Positions 13,384 to 27,144 of a stretch of DNA of 64,000 bases are shown here, one piece after another. The position numbers were made by a program, and so were the translations under genes. This DNA comes from Octopus vulgaris (taxonomy: Eukaryota): assembly GCA_951406725.2 (NCBI GenBank), contig OX597819.1:130324001-130388000 (forward strand), written 5' to 3'. The notes beneath the pieces were generated by a model. It saw only the letters and a program-made list of their open reading frames with translations, searched no databases and was not told the DNA's origin. Position 1 is the stretch's first letter; each line of letters starts with the position of its first letter.

Positions 13384-13894
13384 CACACACACATATATAT
13401 ATATACTTTGCAATGTATGTATGTATATGTGTGTGTGTATATATGTATACATAAAACACGCACATATTCCTTTTTTGTTTGTTTTTGTTCTATTGTGTTA
13501 CTGGTTTCAGCCAGATACTAAATTCATGTTGGGTACCACCACCTTTCAGTGAGATTCGGTTTCTTTTCTGCGTTGTTTTTGGCGAAGTGGTGCGTTGGCC
13601 TGAGCTGCCCGTTTCTGCCCGCTGCCGTGATGTGGATTTGTTCAAACACAGACAAAGATTTGTTCAAACACTCTCTGATGACCTTAACATCTGCACATTG
13701 CAAATTTCCGAGGCTGTTTGGGAAAAATTTTGAATAGCTTTGAACCTTTGAGACACAAACCGTTAAAGTACTGGTTGCCTATTCTAGATGGAAATATATG
13801 CATACATATATATCTGTTTCTTTTCTTTTTGGTTTTTTTTTTGAACAGTGGATCTCGAAGCCGAAAATATTGTAGATAATAGCGTGTAAATATT

Positions 13895-14378
13895 GTTTTC
13901 TACTCCAGGCACAGGGCACGAAATTTGGAGGCAGGGGGCCAGTCTATTACATCCACTGCAGCACGCGACTGGTACTATATTTATCGACCCCGAAAGGATA
14001 AAAGGCAGCTCGATCTCGGCGGTATTTGAACTCAGAACATAATGACAGACGAAATACCGCGAAGCATTTTCCCCGGCGTGCTAACGTTTCTTATTTCTTT
14101 ATTGCACACAAAGCGCTAAACATAGAGGGGACAAACAAGGACAGACAAAGGGATTAAGTCGATTACATCGACCCCAGTGCGTAACTGGTACTTAATTTAT
14201 CCACCCCGAATGGATAAAAGGCAAAGTCGACTTCGGCGGAATTTGAACTCAGAACGTAGCAACAGACGAAATACCAATTTCTTTACTACCCACAAGGGGC
14301 TAAACACAGAGGGGACAAACAAGGACAGACAAACGGATTAAGTTGATTATATGGACCCCAGTGCGTAACTGGTACTTG
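13895..14378 (-). mobile_element. SINE family A head-to-tail multimer (three units, the last with an alternative tail)
   Basis: Junctions at 14275/14276 (tail joined to ggtatttcgtc) and 14091/14092 (tail joined to agaaacgttagc). Confidence 0.85.
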
Positions 14379-14629
14379 ACGATTGAATAAGTGTCACGCC
14401 TAAAAAAATACAGAGGTAGAAATGCGCATCTTCTTCATCGCCGGCGCTATTGGATGATGCACGTTCGTTGTTGAAATATTTGTGTTTTTAAATGCAGCAG
14501 AAGGACGAATATCGCGGTTAATCTGCCTTTCGCGATGTATTTGCATTAAGTATGATATACATGTAACTATTTCAGTCTAATGCTGCTTCTTCCGCACACA
14601 ACGGATGTATATTCATATTCACGCACGCA

Positions 14630-14643
14630 TACACATACATACA

Positions 14644-14677
<34 letters not shown>

Positions 14678-14824
14678 CATACATGCATGCATACATACAT
14701 ATATATATACATATATACATACATACAAACATACAAACATACATATATACATATATACATACATACATACATATATACTTATATACATACAGACATACAT
14801 GCATACATACATACATACAAACAA

Positions 14825-14858
<34 letters not shown>

Positions 14859-15352
14859 CATACATACATACATACATACATACATACATACATACATACA
14901 TACATACATACATACATACATACATACATACATACATACATACATACATACATACATACATACATACATACATACATACATACATACATACATACATACA
15001 TACATACATACATACATACATACATACACATACATACATACATACATACATACATACATACACACATACATACATACATTCATACAAACATACATACATA
15101 CATACATACATACATACATACATACATACATACATACATACATACATACATACATACATACACACACATACATACATACATACATACACACATACATACA
15201 TACATACATACATACATACATACATACATACATACATACATACATACATACATACATACATACATACATACATACATACATACATACATACATACATACA
15301 TACATACATACATACATACATACATACATACATACATACATACATACATACA

Positions 15353-15383
<31 letters not shown>
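14630..15383. repeat. (TACA)n microsatellite, about 750 bp
   Basis: Direct reading. Confidence 0.98.
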
Positions 15384-15384
<1 letters not shown>

Positions 15385-15551
15385 ACTCCTGAATAGCGTG
15401 TACAGGGTTGTATCGTAAACAAGTTCACCCGGGTGCACCTAAACACCCTCATCGTCGTTGCTCTCGCTTTTGTATAATAGATAGAGCACTTCTGTCTCAC
15501 ACACACACACCGAATTCCTACCCCACACGTATATGCATGAGTGTGTGTATA

Positions 15552-15557
<6 letters not shown>

Positions 15558-15587
<30 letters not shown>

Positions 15588-15733
15588 TGTATGTATGTAT
15601 GTATGTATGTATGTATGTATGTATGTATGTATGTATGTATGTATGTATGTATGTATGTATGTATGTATGTATGTATGTTTGTATGTATGTATGTATATAT
15701 GTATGTATGCATGTATGTCTGTATGTATGTATG
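15558..15733. repeat. (TATG)n microsatellite, reverse complement of the upstream (TACA)n
   Basis: Direct reading. Confidence 0.97.
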
Positions 15734-16099
15734 TGTGTGTGTCGTCTGTCGGAAGGTATGTCTATAGGTATATCTGATATATGTTTTAATCTATATTACA
15801 CTTTCATCTACTCATTCCCGTCTGATGTTATACATGGAATAAAATTCCACCCAGTCTTGTTATCAGAATCAAACAATGGTGTGATGCTGTGTCTTTTGGA
15901 GTGTTTACCTAACTATGTTTGCATTTTATTGTGTATCAGATGTTATATATATCGGTAGCTACATAGTCATAACTATGTATAAGTACATGTATAGTAATGC
16001 ACACACACTCGCATGCACGCAGGCATAAACCATAAATACGTGTGCGCGTACTTGTATACATATATGTGCGTTTGTAACATTATATATATAAATATATAT

Positions 16100-16323
16100 A
16101 TAGACCGGAGTAAACACATAAATGTGAAACAAGGTGGAAAAAAGAGTACTCAAATACCAGTGGTAGAGTAATATGCTTTATTTTAAGCAGCAGAAAATTC
16201 AACAAAATCTGTTACTCTGAGTTTCTCGTTGCCGTTCATCAGACAGTTTTTGCTGTCTGATGAACGGCAACGAGAAACTCAGAGTAACAGATTTTGTTGA
16301 ATTTTCTGCTGCTTAAAATAAAG
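16100..16323. mobile_element. Penelope-type terminal-repeat fragment with a perfect 71-bp inverted duplication
   Basis: Arms 16176-16246 and 16253-16323 are exact reverse complements around a 6-nt loop and contain a hammerhead motif. The element sits between (TA)n tracts. Confidence 0.75.
16253..16290 (+). ncRNA. Minimal type I hammerhead ribozyme motif (mirror copy on the minus strand at 16209-16246)
   Basis: Stem I ctgt/acag, CTGATGA, stem II (a)cg-gcaa-cg(a) with an A-A mismatch at its base, GAAAC, stem III act-cag-agt, cleavage triplet GTA. Confidence 0.7.
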
Positions 16324-16418
16324 TAAATATATATATATATATATATATATATTCACACACACAAACACACACACACAGACACACACGCAGATAAATAGTT
16401 AGACAGACAGACAGACAT

Positions 16419-16419
<1 letters not shown>

Positions 16420-16490
<71 letters not shown>

Positions 16491-16495
16491 GTAGG

Positions 16496-16585
<90 letters not shown>
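16420..16585. repeat. (GATA)n microsatellite
   Basis: Direct reading. Confidence 0.97.
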
Positions 16586-16960
16586 TGTTAAAGACGATGT
16601 AACGGTTAACTACTTATATCCTGTACTAATGGTCTCCCTTAGTTCTTTCTCTCTGAAGACGGAATAGTCCACAGCAATTCTAGAAGCATCTCGAAGAAAC
16701 GATTTGCGTACCTTCTTACTCCCTTATTTCTATCACACATTCTACTCCAATTCTACCCTAATAACTCTACAATTATGCTTAAATCCCATGCTCTGAATTA
16801 ATACCAATTGTTTTGCCTGTTCATTCTCTCTTTCAAGTATATATCTACCGCTCACTGATAAGCCACTCATTAATCTCTAGGCAGCTACATCACTTTTTCT
16901 TTTTGTCGCTGTTCAAATCGGAGTTTTAAGTGGTAAACCAACCTGAGCGCTTATTGTATA

Positions 16961-17330
16961 CTAGCACTGTGACCCAGCAACGCCGGGTCATAGTGTTAGT
17001 GCATGCATATACAGCTGCGTGCGTGCGCACATATACGCGAGTACTGTCCAAATCTCCGACCAATCACATACAGCTAGCTGGCATTCAATTGGCGTATCAA
17101 GTTTCGGGCATTTTGATTGGGTTTTGGATAGAAAATTCTTAAAATGTCACTTCTATTGATTGTTAATGGCTTTGTGGGGTGATTGGGGAAATGTAAAGAT
17201 GTGCATGACCACCCTTGGACGACTTTGAATGACCATAGAAAGTGCGAGCCCTCTAACTGAAAAATTGTGGATTTGTATAAACGACACACACACAGACAGG
17301 CAGACATTTTGCCGTTTATATATATAGAGA
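16961..17330 (-). mobile_element. Complete non-autonomous Helitron
   Basis: On the minus strand: A|TCTCTATATATATAAA 5' end, subterminal hairpin gacccggcgttgctgggtc, 3' CTAG|T. This fits insertion between A and T without a TSD. Confidence 0.85.
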
Positions 17331-17528
17331 TGCCTATTACATTACGTCATTGGATTCAATTTTAGCTGAGCTCTATATATACATGTGTGTGTGTGTTTGT
17401 GCGTGTGCGTGTGAGTGAGTGTATGTCTGTCAGTCTGTCTGTGCTTGCGCGCGCGTTTGTGAGTACATGTTTGTATGCATGAATATAATTTCAACTCTCA
17501 TGCACGCTCTCTCCCTCTATTTCTCTCT

Positions 17529-17564
<36 letters not shown>

Positions 17565-17959
17565 CACATACGGTTGTGTTTCACAGATGTAGACTATAGT
17601 ATGTTGAAAAAGATCATTAAACTGAAATTATTCTTAGAAATAGTTGCAAAAAATGGGGGAGACAAACCCAATGAAATGGAAAATAAAATAAAACAAAACA
17701 ATTCTATTTATCTTCAAAGCAAACTGGTGAAAGCAAGGGACGTGTTGCAGAATCGATAGCCTGTGTGACAGGTTATATATATATATATATACACACACAC
17801 AAACACACACTAGCTAATAAGTCCCTAACCGAAATAAGTGGATCTGTTGTTTAGGAAAATACTATTTACTTGTTTCAGGGTTGTACTGGATAAATTGCGA
17901 AAATAACTCTAACAGTTCAAATACTAAGAAATAAGCACACTCAATTTGATTTATACCAA

Positions 17960-18204
17960 ATAATTTAGGACTTATTCTATCGCTCTCTTTTGCCGAACCG
18001 CTAGATTACAGAGACGTAAACGCACTAACAAAGGTTATCAAGTGATGGTGGGCGAGGTCAAACACAGACGCACAATCCACTGACAAAGCTTTGGTTGGCC
18101 CGAGGCTATAGTAGAAGACACTTGCCGAAGGTGCCACGTAGTGGGACTGAACCCGGGACCATGTGGTAGAGAAGCAAGCTTCTTACCACACACCCACTCC
18201 TGCG

Positions 18205-18207
<3 letters not shown>
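17960..18207 (-). mobile_element. CORE-like tRNA SINE family B (internally deleted)
   Basis: Head ggcgcaggagtgggtgtgtggtaag, B-box ggttcagtccc, core caccttcggcaagtgtcttc. Confidence 0.85.
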
Positions 18208-18291
<84 letters not shown>

Positions 18292-18399
18292 CATATATAT
18301 ATATATACATATATATATATTAATAAATAAAATAAAACATATGCATATATATAAACACATATGTACGTACCTACCTCTACATGTACATATACACGCATA

Positions 18400-18592
18400 T
18401 ATGAGTACAGGACACCAAAAGGACGTCGAACACAATGAGAAACGAAAACATAGACACAAACCAAAGGAACTGGACATTTATTTAAAAACAGCAAAAAAAT
18501 AGAATACAGGACAATTAACACAAGGAAAAACCCCTTCTTCAGTCGCTAAAGCTTTCATCTACTCTACGTTTCGAAGGATAAAAGCGAGACGT
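18400..18592 (-). mobile_element. 3' fragment of a non-coding Penelope-like repeat
   Basis: Minus strand ccttcGAAACgtagaGTAgatg...gaCTGAAGAagggg, then a pyrimidine-rich tail. Same layout as the repeats at 23110, 35600 and 36870. Confidence 0.45.
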
Positions 18593-18769
18593 ATATATAT
18601 ATACATATATATATACATGTATTTATGCATATATATACATATATATATACATATATTTATATAAGCACGTACACTGTTGTATAATATGAAGACGGCCATC
18701 TTAAGAATTTGCCAGTTGTTTGCAAATGTTTACCCAGTGGTAATTTGTCACTTTAAAACGAGCTTCTTG

Positions 18770-19279
18770 ACAGTATCTTTTCATCAGGCCGAGTATATGG
18801 AGGTGCCGATTGATGGTGCTTTGGAAAGGACCAAGTTCTGCCGACAATATTCTAGTGCTTTTACTTGGCAGTTATTCAAACATTTCTAACAAGACCTCAT
18901 CTTCCACAGCAGAACATCTCTCTGGCCTTTATTTGTTTCTTAGGCTGGTGTCACCTTGCTTGAAATGTCTGAACCAGTTTTTGTGTTACACGTTCCTGGG
19001 TCATCCATATCGTTAATTTCTTTTGCCGCTACCTTTGCACTCAGTCCTTTTCACACAATAGCGAAAATGGGTCTGATTGTAATTTTTTCGTCACTCATTG
19101 TCAAAGTTGTAAAATAAAGAATAAGCAATTAATGTTTATATATTATTTACGGAAATAAAAAATAAACAATTCAGCAAAAACTGAACACAAGTAGTAGCAA
19201 ATTAAGGATATAAAATGAAAATGCAAGTTGCAAAAAACTCAGTGAAAATCCGAAAGATATTTTGACTAAATATGGAGTA
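18770..19279 (-). mobile_element. 5' half of a mariner element (degenerate N-terminal HTH region)
   Basis: MSDEKITIR..KGLSAKVAAKEIN..WFRHFKQGDTSL..STRILSAELG..STINRHLH read across frameshifts; putative terminus near 19250-19279. Confidence 0.7.
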
Positions 19280-19340
19280 CACACACAAACACATACACAC
19301 AAACACACACATACACACACACACACGCACGCACACATAC

Positions 19341-19377
<37 letters not shown>

Positions 19378-20634
19378 TGTAACATATGGTATAATTACAA
19401 ACAGGGCATTTCTCTGCAGACTGAAAAAAAATAATGAACGACCTTAATCGACTTTCGAACCTTATGGGGTTCTTATCAGAAGCGCCTACATCATTCTGGC
19501 AGTCTCCAGAGAAACAAGCAACCGAACTGTTTATATACTCAACAAATGCAGCAACGACGGGTAAAGAAGCAAGATGGCAGAATCGTTACAGCATTTCTTC
19601 CGATTCATTGAGTTCTGCCTTCATATTCAGCCGAGGTCGATTTTGCCTTTCATCCTTTCGGGGTCAATAAAATTAGTTCCAATTAAGCACTGGAGTCGAT
19701 GTATTCGATTTAATCCGTCCCTAACAAAAATTGCTGTTCTTATGGCAAAATTTGAAGTGATGTATAGGACGAGTTTCCATACAGTCTCCATCTAGCAAAT
19801 TCACTTACATGACAATAGGCGGACCCGAGCTTTAGTAGAAATCACTTATCGAAGGTGGCGTGCAGTAGAACCGAACCCCAAACCATGTGGTTGCAAAGCG
19901 ATCTTAACCACACAGCCATGCTTGCAATATTTTTTTCTTTCTACTTTGTATGTTTATCAAAAGAGGGACCTGACTCTGTAAGAATCAAGCCAGGGTTAAC
20001 CTTGATACTTCTCCCGTTACTTAATAGTGCAAATTCTTCAGTCTGTTGATATTCTGACAGTTTGTTTTCGATGACAGAATTTCTTAAAGAACTATGCTTC
20101 ATTTTTCATTCATTAATAGAGCTTCTTATTCACACGCAACTCGGGGAAGTGTTTATATTAATCTATCTTCATCGATTTTAACATTTTCTGTCCTAGTTTA
20201 TGATTCATCGAAGTTTCTTTATTATTTATCAATGTTAATTCTGCTTACTCTGTTGTGACATCAGTTTGTATTCTGCTTGTTGTTAAGTACGTTATTGAAG
20301 GTCTTTTTTTTCCTTACCGTGTACTTGGTTGAATGTTTCAATGGAAGTTTCTAAGGTCTTCAACATCTTTTGGGTTTTTAGTTTTATTACCTTCTTATTT
20401 TTTTAATTTACTATAATGCCTTGTTCGTTTCTGCGTAGTGGCTTCTGTTATAAATTCATTGTGCTTTCAGAGTTCATTTACTTTATCGTTTTTTTTCTGT
20501 TGTCGCTTTCGTTCTTTTTAGAAATATCATAAGTTTTTTTTTATATACGATGGGTTCTGTTGTGGTGCTCTCATCGGTTTGTGGCAGTTCAGTAGTGTTT
20601 CTTCCTTTATTTTCCTATTCTCTGATTTGTGTTT

Positions 20635-21240
20635 CACCAAATGAGACCATGGATAACTTCCAGAAATCCCTGGCTTGGCAGTGCTACTGCGAGACTTTGC
20701 CGGTTTGGGATAAATTCTACAGACATGGATATATCGTCAGCTGACTTTTCCTAGAACCTCTCAGCGTCCGAGAATTGCTGACTTGTAGAGTTATGACGTA
20801 CAGCTGTTGTCAAAAGTAGGTCGAATCCGGTTATCGGTCAAGCCCATTGTAAAGATTGCCCCGCCACATTCTTTTGTCAGAAAAGGGCTTTTCTTGGATG
20901 ACCATGACTAAAAAGTTGCGTGTTTAACGTTTGAGATATTTTTTAGACAAGGCTTCATCGTCCAATCGGATTTGAAAACAAATTTTGTTAAAAGGGCAGT
21001 GAAAGTCGAAAGCATGACCCGATTGGATAAACATACCATCTGTGTGCGGCTGTAGACAGCGGGGAAACTTTTTGAAAATACATTTAACTCTGGTTAGTCA
21101 GGATAATCTGGTATCTGGGATTCCTTCATTTATTTTCATTGGCGATCATCTTGTTGGGACATTATGAAATATATATTTATTTGTCATTTCATTTGATTTC
21201 TTTATATATTTCCACAACTTTTTTCTCTATGTCCCTGTAA
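20635..21240 (+). mobile_element. Degenerate 3' end of an L1/Tx1 ORF2 plus 3' UTR
   Basis: MDNFQKSLAWQCYCETLPVWDKFYRHG resembles the W....LPV.DKL.RHG motif preceding the C-terminal zinc-binding region of Tx1-clade ORF2. Confidence 0.55.
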
Positions 21241-21344
21241 TGATCACCCATCCCGTCGCTTATATGAGAGTAACATCGAAAACGGTGACCCTTAGAGTGT
21301 CTGAACAAATGTGTTTCTTGTTTCCTTTACGTAGCTCAGTAGTA

Positions 21345-21735
21345 TCTTTTCTGGCTTTTTAAATTCTGGGTTCAAATTCTGCTAAAGTCAACTTTGCCTT
21401 TCATCCTTTCGAGGTCGAAAAATAAAGCAACATTTAAGTACCGAGCTCGATGCATTCGAATAACCCCCTACCCCCAAATTGCTGGAATTTTACCTGAATT
21501 AAAGACAATTGTTATTGGCTTGAAATTTTGGCACAAATTTTGGTACAAAGCCAGCAATTTTGTGGATGGAGGTAAGTTTATTACATGGATCCCGGTGATC
21601 AACTGGTACTTATTTTATCGACATGAAACGGATAAAAGGCAAAGTCGACCTCGGTGGAATCTACCTCAGAACGGACAAAATGCTGCTAAGCATTTTACGG
21701 GGTGTGCTAGCGGTTCTGGAAACTCACCGCCTTAG
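21345..21735. mobile_element. Two degenerate SINE A copies, tail to tail (+ 21345-21510, - 21530-21735)
   Basis: Family core on opposite strands. Confidence 0.75.
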
Positions 21736-21924
21736 AGAGAAAATTGTTATTAAAATGTTGAAAGCAGAATCATTAGAGAGTCGCAAGAACTATTTCTTCT
21801 GCATCTTTATTCTCTAGGTTCGATGTAATAAATCACCAGTAAAGTACTTGGGTTCGATATAATTGATTTTCCCTCACAAAACTGCTGGCCTTGTACCAAA
21901 AGTAAAAAGAATTATTATAGTATA

Positions 21925-22070
21925 GGCGCGTGGCTTAGTAGTTAGGGTGTTGCATTCTTGACCTTTCAATCGTGGTTTCGATTACCTGATTGGTGGTGCG
22001 TTTTATTCTTGAGCAAGATGCTTCATTTCATATTACGCCAGTCTACTCCTCTGCAAATGGGTAACACCAC
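21925..22070 (+). mobile_element. Degenerate tRNA/CORE SINE
   Basis: ggcgcgtggcttagtagttaggg head, gtttcgatt B-box, cttgagcaagatgctt core. Confidence 0.65.
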
Positions 22071-22249
22071 GGACTGAAGGAGGAGTGGCGCCCTGCCTGC
22101 AGTGTCAGCGGAGTGGCATCATTCGAAAGCTACAATATTGTGACAAAGAACATTGTGGCTAGGGTTGTATGACAACATCCGATAGTCTAGAAATATCGTA
22201 ATATATATATGTGTGCGTGTGAGTGCGTAAATATATTTGTGTATATGTA

Positions 22250-22301
<52 letters not shown>

Positions 22302-22302
22302 C

Positions 22303-22381
<79 letters not shown>

Positions 22382-23031
22382 AATATATATATGTGTGTGT
22401 AGAGAGAGAGAGAGAGAAAGAGAGAGACATGTATATATGTACATACTCACATGCGTACACAAAAATACCCTCACTCATTTTTATGTATGGGTATATGTAT
22501 GCCTGTATATGTGGATATGTGCATATATGCATCTCGGATAATAACATTCCCCGTGTGCGTACATTTATATATGTTTTAACACTGTATCGGATAATTGGAT
22601 AACCTGATGGTAACGTATATATTTTTTCCTCATTGTCAGTCAATTATTTATAAAAAAATGGAGAAAAAAACTTTGAGATCGCGAAAACTAGTGATGGTTT
22701 CTACGTGCAAAAGTAAAGAAAAAAGGAAAACAAGACAAACATGACAAAAGAAAAACAAAGAAAAACAAAGAAAAACGAAAGGAAAGTGTTAAATGAACTT
22801 CGTAATATTGGAGTCAGTTGGTATGGCATGAAAGGAACTTACATCTAACGTGTCATGTACGGTTCTTCTTTCTGAGAGGAAAAATCATACACACATACTC
22901 ACGTGTATGCAAATGTAAGTATGTATGTATGTATGTATGTATACATGTACCCCAGCATTCAAGGCGGTACTTAATGACTGAAACAAGCAAATATACACAC
23001 TTACGTATACATACATTTATATATATACGTG

Positions 23032-23070
<39 letters not shown>

Positions 23071-23109
23071 GTATATACATACACACACAAGAGAGAGAGA
23101 GAGATTTTA

Positions 23110-23960
23110 AAAATTACATACGAGGACGACAAAAGAACAGTCAGAAAATAACACAGAAAATGTGAACAAGATCTTTCATCATCAGTTATTGTCCAGAAAT
23201 CATTACAATTTCGCGTCTTTAGATTGTCCGTTTTAGTAATGTCCGTCAACTTCAAGAAGCTGTTGGGAATAAATGAGCAGACATAGAGGACAATGTCAAA
23301 AACAAACAAACAATAAACGATTATAGAAGTCAAGACATAACAGAAAACGACACAGATAGTTGGTACTTATGAGATATATACACACAAACAAATCCCTTAC
23401 TTCTATTCGATCGTATTGTAATAAGACGTGTGTAGAAGAAACGCTAATGGAAAACGAGGTCCTATGGATCTTGAAAAGAAAAGTAGAAAGATAGAAAGAT
23501 AAAAAGAAAGGTGGAAGGTGGAATTACAGTTGTGTTTCGTGGTCTGCTACCACAACAACTTTATAGGATCCAGTTAGCTGAAGACATCATCAGGAGGAAC
23601 CACGTCCTGTTTCGGCCCCTACTCCTCTACCGTTTTGATGTGCCCCCCCTCCCACTTTCGGAGGTTTCTTCAGCTCTGGTGTTGGGTGCATGTCTTCTTC
23701 TTTCTTCTGTTCCCTGGCCTCTTCGATGTAGCGTCAGCGAGTGTCAACCGGTGACTGACTGACTTGTCAAATTTATCCCTTTAAATACCTGCCGCTAGGT
23801 TCCAGCAGGCAGCCCCAGCAAGTTGTCACGTGACACTGTCTCAAAGTAACTGACTAGTGAAGGCGTGTAGTCTTAGTCCGCGCATTCTCTTAACGACCGT
23901 CACCTGTCAGGCAGCGAAGCTGATTCAGTGTGAGCTTGTCTCACCTAGGCTGGTTATGAT
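23110..23960 (-). mobile_element. Non-coding Penelope-like repeat with GTCACGTGAC box and degenerate hammerhead
   Basis: gtcacgtgac at ~23825; minus-strand CTGAAGA...ggccGAAACaggacgt (~23600-23675); terminal CTGATGA followed by a pyrimidine-rich tail. Confidence 0.45.
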
Positions 23961-24638
23961 GATTAGGTGCATTATACCTCGTTGAAAAAGATAAGCAAGG
24001 AGATGGAAAACAGCGATAAATTGTGTCAAAATGGCACCAAGTCATGACACATTACGCATAGGACAGCAGACAAAGTAAACCTTAAATGAACCATAAACAG
24101 GAAGGGTCGCATGGACACATCAGGGGTGGTGTTTGGCGAATTTCGGCAAGCATGGAATCTGTTAAGGATTTGGTGTCCTGACAGTTAACAACTGACATGG
24201 GTTTATTCCGTATTTCAGCAATTCTGGATATAGAAAGATGTTTTCAAAACTCATGAGCTGTTGTTGCCTTTTATTTTTTTTATAAGCGTGTCTAAACATG
24301 TTAGATGTATCCAATTCAAAATGGTGGCCAAAGTTGGAGTTGTCATTGGAAAGATTCTATCAAGTTCAGCTAGTAGAAATCGAAGCATTAGTGCGTTGAT
24401 ACTCAATACAATTAAGATATGATGACTGACGGTCTGGTTTCAAGTCTCTGGAGTTCTCTTAGTAGATCGTTACTCCGGACAAAACGTGGTTTCCATTCTG
24501 GAGAAGCAGATATGTGTGGACTTACCACAACCATATACTCTTATTCACGAATGTCTCACTGGATAATATTAGAAATGTAGTTCGTTCTCTGCATGTGATT
24601 GTGGATACTCAGATCTCATTCGAGGGCAAGCTGATGTC

Positions 24639-24863
24639 CTGTAAGTTCACCGTCATCAATTCACCGCAGGGAAAGTGTTACGTTAGCAATTCACCGTTTT
24701 TCCCCCAATAAAATAGTTTTTTTTAAAACTATTAATGGTGAGATACGATGGATATATATTCTCGGTAAACTTTCCTTGTGCTGAACTTTCCTCACGGTCA
24801 AATTTCTCCACAGTGAATTGATGGCAGTGAATTGATGAACTTTCCCTGCGGTGAACTTACCTG
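24639..24863. mobile_element. MITE with inverted subterminal TTCACCG repeats
   Basis: Left gtaagttcaccg/ttcaccgcagggaaag; right ctttccctgcggtgaacttac. Confidence 0.7.
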
Positions 24864-26402
24864 TAATCATACAAATAAGGTAAGTAGTACGTAAAATGTT
24901 TGTATAATGTGGGTACAATATTTTTATAGCAATAAACACTACGATGAAATACTGTACTATTCAAGAGTTGTAGTCGATTGAATGGACTAAATTTTCTGCC
25001 GAGTTTCTGGTCTCGAGTCTATGTTAGAAAGATTATTATTATGAACGAAATAACGCAATTCATCTCGGTCTCGCATGACGGCTAAACGCACACATTGAGG
25101 TGAGAAAGTCGGAGGGGCGATGGAGTGAATGGTAAGGCTCTGCACGAGTACTTATATGTGCGTGTTTGTGTATTCGTGTATGTGTGTGCATGCATATCAC
25201 ACACACACACACACACACACACGCATACACACTTTAAATTGAATTCTTTTCCTGTGACTCGAGTTTCAAGCCACATGGATCGTCAGGCAAAAAAGACATG
25301 AATTTCTTTCGTAATATTATGTGAACGTTCGTTCGGGAATGCGTGTGCCTGCGTGTATTTGTCTGTAATCATGCATTTGTATTTTCTTCGAGAATGCTTT
25401 ATTCTTTCGAGAAGAGGGTGCGATTGTCAGTCAAATATTTGGGGGGGGGGTATATTTATTTTCTTTTATTGCCTTTAATTTTTTTTTTCTTTTTATGGAT
25501 CTCCAATTATTCTTATTGCTGGGTTTATCTTTAATTTGAGAAGACGGAAAAATAAAGATGAAAATGAAAAAATAGGAAATATATGGTCAGGTTGCTGTCG
25601 CTGTTTGTTGTTTTTTGGGGTTTTTTTGTTGTTGCTGTTGTTGTTTAGTTCTTTTGTGTGACTTTATTTATCTTCCATTCATTCATGTTCAAGACAAGTA
25701 TATATATTGAGTTGCCGATTTTCAGATCGACTTGTCAAGGCTCGTTGTTATATTATTTCTTCTTATTTTCGATTTTTTATCCGAGTCCAACCACACAAGC
25801 AAGGTAACTTAATCAAATATGCCGTTGTACCTGTTCGCACCTATATTTATAAGAAGAAAAAAAATCTCCATATTGAATGAAAAAACAAACAAAAAAGTAT
25901 ACGTGTAAGCGTATGTGTGTGTGCGTGTGTTTATGTATGTATGTGTGTGTATGTGCGTATGTACAGATAGATTTGATAGGTATACATATAAACACACACT
26001 CGCATCCGTGCGTGTATGACACTTGTGTGTATGTGAGTGTATGAGGCAGTGTGTGTGAGTGTGCGCGCACCTGTGTGTGTATTTCGTGCATGTACACACC
26101 CTCTTCAATGATAAATGTGTAGAGATGCAACAAGAGTACGATTTCCTTCGGCCTACGAGGTTTCGCCTACCTGGTCGCTCTCTATGCAACAAATAGCAAC
26201 TAAATCTCCTTCATATCACACCTGACTGCCTTTAAAATAAATGGAAGAACACGGGGAATCCGAGATGCATTGAGCCTGAAAATATAGATGGGATGATCAG
26301 GTCTGGAAAGCCTTTGATCATAAATCTGTTCCCTCCGAGCACTGCTTCTTGCTTCTTCGTAACACTTGTCCCTAATATATCGTCTTGTCCCTTCATCGAT
26401 AA

Positions 26403-26620
26403 GGCAGGGAGCTGGCAGAATCGTTGGCACGCCAGCTAAAAGCCCTTAGCGGCATTTCATCAGTCTTTTCGTTCTGAGTTCAAATTCCGCTGAGGTCGAC
26501 TTTAGCTTTTTATCCTTTCGGGGTCAATAAAGTAAGAACCAGTTGACCATTGGAGATCAATATTATCGACTTACCATCCCGCCCCAGTCGACATTGCTGG
26601 CCAAAATTTGATACCAATAT
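26403..26620 (+). mobile_element. SINE family A (alternative tail)
   Basis: Full head gagctggcagaatcgtt and family core. Confidence 0.8.
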
Positions 26621-26715
26621 TTTATCATTGTGGATTTCATATTCGTTGTGAATATTTAAAAAAATGTCTGTTGTTTCTTCTATGAATATTTATGTAGTTA
26701 TAATATAGATATATA

Positions 26716-27110
26716 GGCGCAGGCGTGGTGGTCTGACAAAAAGGCGGAGAGCTGGCAGAAACGTTAGCACGCCGGGCGAAGTGCTTAGCAGCATTTCGTC
26801 TGTCTTTACGTTCTGAGTTCAAATTCCGCCTCGGCCGACTTTGCCTTTCATCCTTTCGGGGTCGATAAATTAAGTACCAGTTACGCACTGGGGTCGATGT
26901 ATTCGACTTAATTCCTTTGTCTGTCTTTGTTTGTCCACTCTATGTTTAGCCCCTTGTGGACAATAAAGAAATAAAAAGCTTGCTTCCCAACCACATGGTT
27001 CCGGGTTCAGTCCCACTGCATGGCACCTTGGGCAAGTGTCTTCTACTATAGCCTCGGGCCGACCAAAGTTGTCCGAGTGGATTTGGTAAGAGGAAACTGA
27101 AAGAAACCCG

Positions 27111-27144
<34 letters not shown>

